Below are positions 61,673 through 64,000 of a stretch of DNA of 64,000 nucleotides, one piece after another. The stretch is taken from NCBI GenBank assembly GCA_051362555.1, contig CM120640.1:58320788-58384787 (forward strand), in the 5' to 3' direction. The number at the start of each line of letters is the position of its first letter. The stretch's first letter is position 1. Made by a program: the position numbers and the translations under genes. This stretch comes from Lingula anatina (lineage: Eukaryota > Animalia > Brachiopoda). Below the pieces are notes generated by a model, which did no database searches, had not been told where the DNA came from, and saw only the letters and a program-made list of their open reading frames with translations.

Positions 61673-63756
61673 GTGCTTCAACAAATTTTACAGATGATGT
61701 TTGCCAATTATCTAAATGTTAAATACATTTGATATACCATTAAGTAACAAAGGTATTTGCTCTTTATCTGTAATATTTGTGGGAAAGGTTCATATCTGTA
61801 CTATGTAGATATACAAGATTTGATTTATTGACAAAACTGAGCCAAATATTCCACGTTACAGAACAGGCTAAGTAAAGCTGCTTACTAGTATGGCCAGAGA
61901 CTCACTGAGAGTTGTATATTTTTCACCCTAGGCTCTGAGCTGAAAGATCCTTTACATAAAGGTTTAGATGAAAATGTAATTTTGTTTCAGATTTTGCATA
62001 TACATGTACAACTTACTACTGAATGATGATTATACCTGATATTGTTTGGTACATTTATGGTTTTTGTTTTTTTGAAAGCCAAACATTGACAATAGTGATT
62101 AAAGACAAGTTGGTTCTGTTGTTAAGGAACCATAATTGCCAAGTTACCTACTTTTAAAGCAATTTATAACTTAATGTAGAATCAGGAGTAGCAAATTTAC
62201 ATTTAACTTTGTGAATAAGAGCATTAATAGTGCAATCGTGACAGCTTAATTTACTACCACTCATATCATGCTTTCTCATATGATAAAGTCAAGCAAGATT
62301 TGGAGGAGAGTTATTTCAGATATAATGTGGTGTTGCATTGAATAAAAGCTGACAATATATGGTCAAAACTTGAAAAATTCATCACTTAAAAATTAATTAG
62401 TATCTTCAAATGCCTGAATCTGACTTGTCCATATTAGGTGACAAACTTTCCAAATTATTGAGAGCCCCATTTTCAAAATTGGTGAAATTTTCTAAGTGTA
62501 AAAATTTCGCTGGTGGAGAATTGTCTACTGACAAAAATCTCAAGACTGACTAAATTTTCAAGTTTTTACCGTATCCCCAGCTATTTTATTACAGCCTATT
62601 GCACAGCATCATGACTTCCTTATATTTTGTGTGCCACTTTGGTTTCCCTTGAGATGACATTCCCTGTGCATAGATTATCACATTTATCACTGAAAAGTTA
62701 ATCATACCTCACGTTAAAAAAAAAAATATTTTATGTCGTGAAGTGCCAACAGTCTCCTTTGAGGCAATCTGACATGATTTTAGTTGTCTCCTGTGGAAAG
62801 CATGTGAACTGGTGTGTCAGATTGCTTGTTGCTATTGTCAAAGTTACCAACTGTCCTGCTCCTGAAACTTTATTATCAACATCAAAACTGAAACTGATAA
62901 GCTTTTAGCTTTGGCATGCTTGTGCTCTGTTGGTAATGCAATTTACCTGCATGAGGATATATATTTGCTAACTGCCGTAACAAACAGTGGACCGCTTCTG
63001 GATCGAACTAAGGTCCCACCTCTAAGCTTGTGTAAACATTCCTCCTGTGGCTTGCAAGTTGAATCAATCATGTGTATCATTTCCCCAAGCAGTACCTAAC
63101 ACAGCAAGGCCTGGATGCTGGTACTTTAGTGGCAAAAAAAGGTAGTCCTTACTCAAGGAGTGCACAGTACCACATTAATTATCTGTAGTAAAAACAATCT
63201 GTCATCAAGAGCTCCAATAGGCATTATTAACCCAGGTCTCTCTGAGTGCATTTACATTTATATGTATTGGAATAACTGAAAGATTACAAAATATCTTGGT
63301 AAATCTGAAGCTATCTTAATTAATATAGATCAATGTGAATGTGAAGTGATAAGTAAAATGTGAATCAGCTCTCCAAGGTTAATATTAGCTTAGTCTCTAA
63401 AACCACTAATATGACCATTTTGACTTAAAAATATAACTTGTTAAGTTCAGTTGTATGCAAGATGCTTATTTTATAAACTGATATGTCTCTTCAGCAGAAT
63501 TAAGCTCAATGAATTAATGAATATATGCTTGAAAGCATAGTAGCATTTCAAGATTTTTTGTCATATGTAAGCTTCTAATTTCCTGGAAGATTAATTATCT
63601 GCTTAATTTAATATTTATTAAGTTCCATTGTTAAGTTGTTGAAGGGGAACAAAGCATGTTCACATGACATGTTAAAAGATAAATTGTATCTTTTACCCAA
63701 AGTTGTTTATACCCAATTCAACAAATATTGTGACTTTATCCTTGTTTCTTCTTTAA

Positions 63757-63894
63757 GGGGCCCGCACACGGTGAGCATTTGGCGCGCGCCACTTGCACTG
63801 CGCCAAATGCTCGCGCTCCTCAGCTCCCCTCAAACGATGCGCTCTTTGCTCAGCAGAGGTGCCTCCCGGCCTGCCCCTAGCGGACGCACTGTGA
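63757..63894. mobile_element. GC-rich island with perfect hairpin; probable Harbinger-type MITE fragment
   Basis: TAA|GGGGCCCGCACACGGTG start resembles Harbinger TIRs; 13-bp stem 63773-85/63800-12; only a partial right-end match (CACTGTG). Confidence 0.4.
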
Positions 63895-64000
63895 ACTGTG
63901 GGATCATGTGTTTAAGGAAACATTACATATTGTTGTTTTTTCTGATAGTAATGGATAATGATGACCACGTTAATCAATCAGACTAACTATAACTGTGTAC

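Noticed and set aside
63636-63986. 116-aa ORF as possible AUTS2-like exon 2
   Set aside because: Open only because it crosses the GC-rich hairpin island; no family similarity or convincing donor.

Overview
AT-rich, intron-rich animal genomic DNA, probably a mollusc or other lophotrochozoan (inference from protein style and repeat types; not provable here). Four protein-coding genes were built by hand from splice sites and reading frames: the 3' part of MED13 (+, stop 9656); complete PIGL (-, 14734->11905, 7 exons, last intron GC-AG); complete CFAP251/WDR66 (+, 15184-39267, about 26 exons), head-to-head with PIGL; and the first coding exon of an AUTS2/FBRSL1/tay-bridge homolog (+, 46495-46749), followed by a >17 kb intron running off the window. 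Non-coding space holds many non-autonomous DNA transposons: several PIF/Harbinger-type MITE families (TAA/TTA TSDs), a young 8-bp-TSD element nested in one of them, a 5-bp-TSD (hAT5-like) MITE, Helentron-type HINEs with 146-bp tandem arrays, and a decayed Tc1 element. I found no CRISPR, tRNA or rRNA, and no new multi-gene system I can support. The best leads are regulatory or structural: a Forkhead+X-box composite in the PIGL/CFAP251 shared promoter, a CCAAT-rich nested transposon, palindromic MITEs bracketing two exons, a possible dual-frame PIGL last exon, and abutting MED13/PIGL poly(A) signals.
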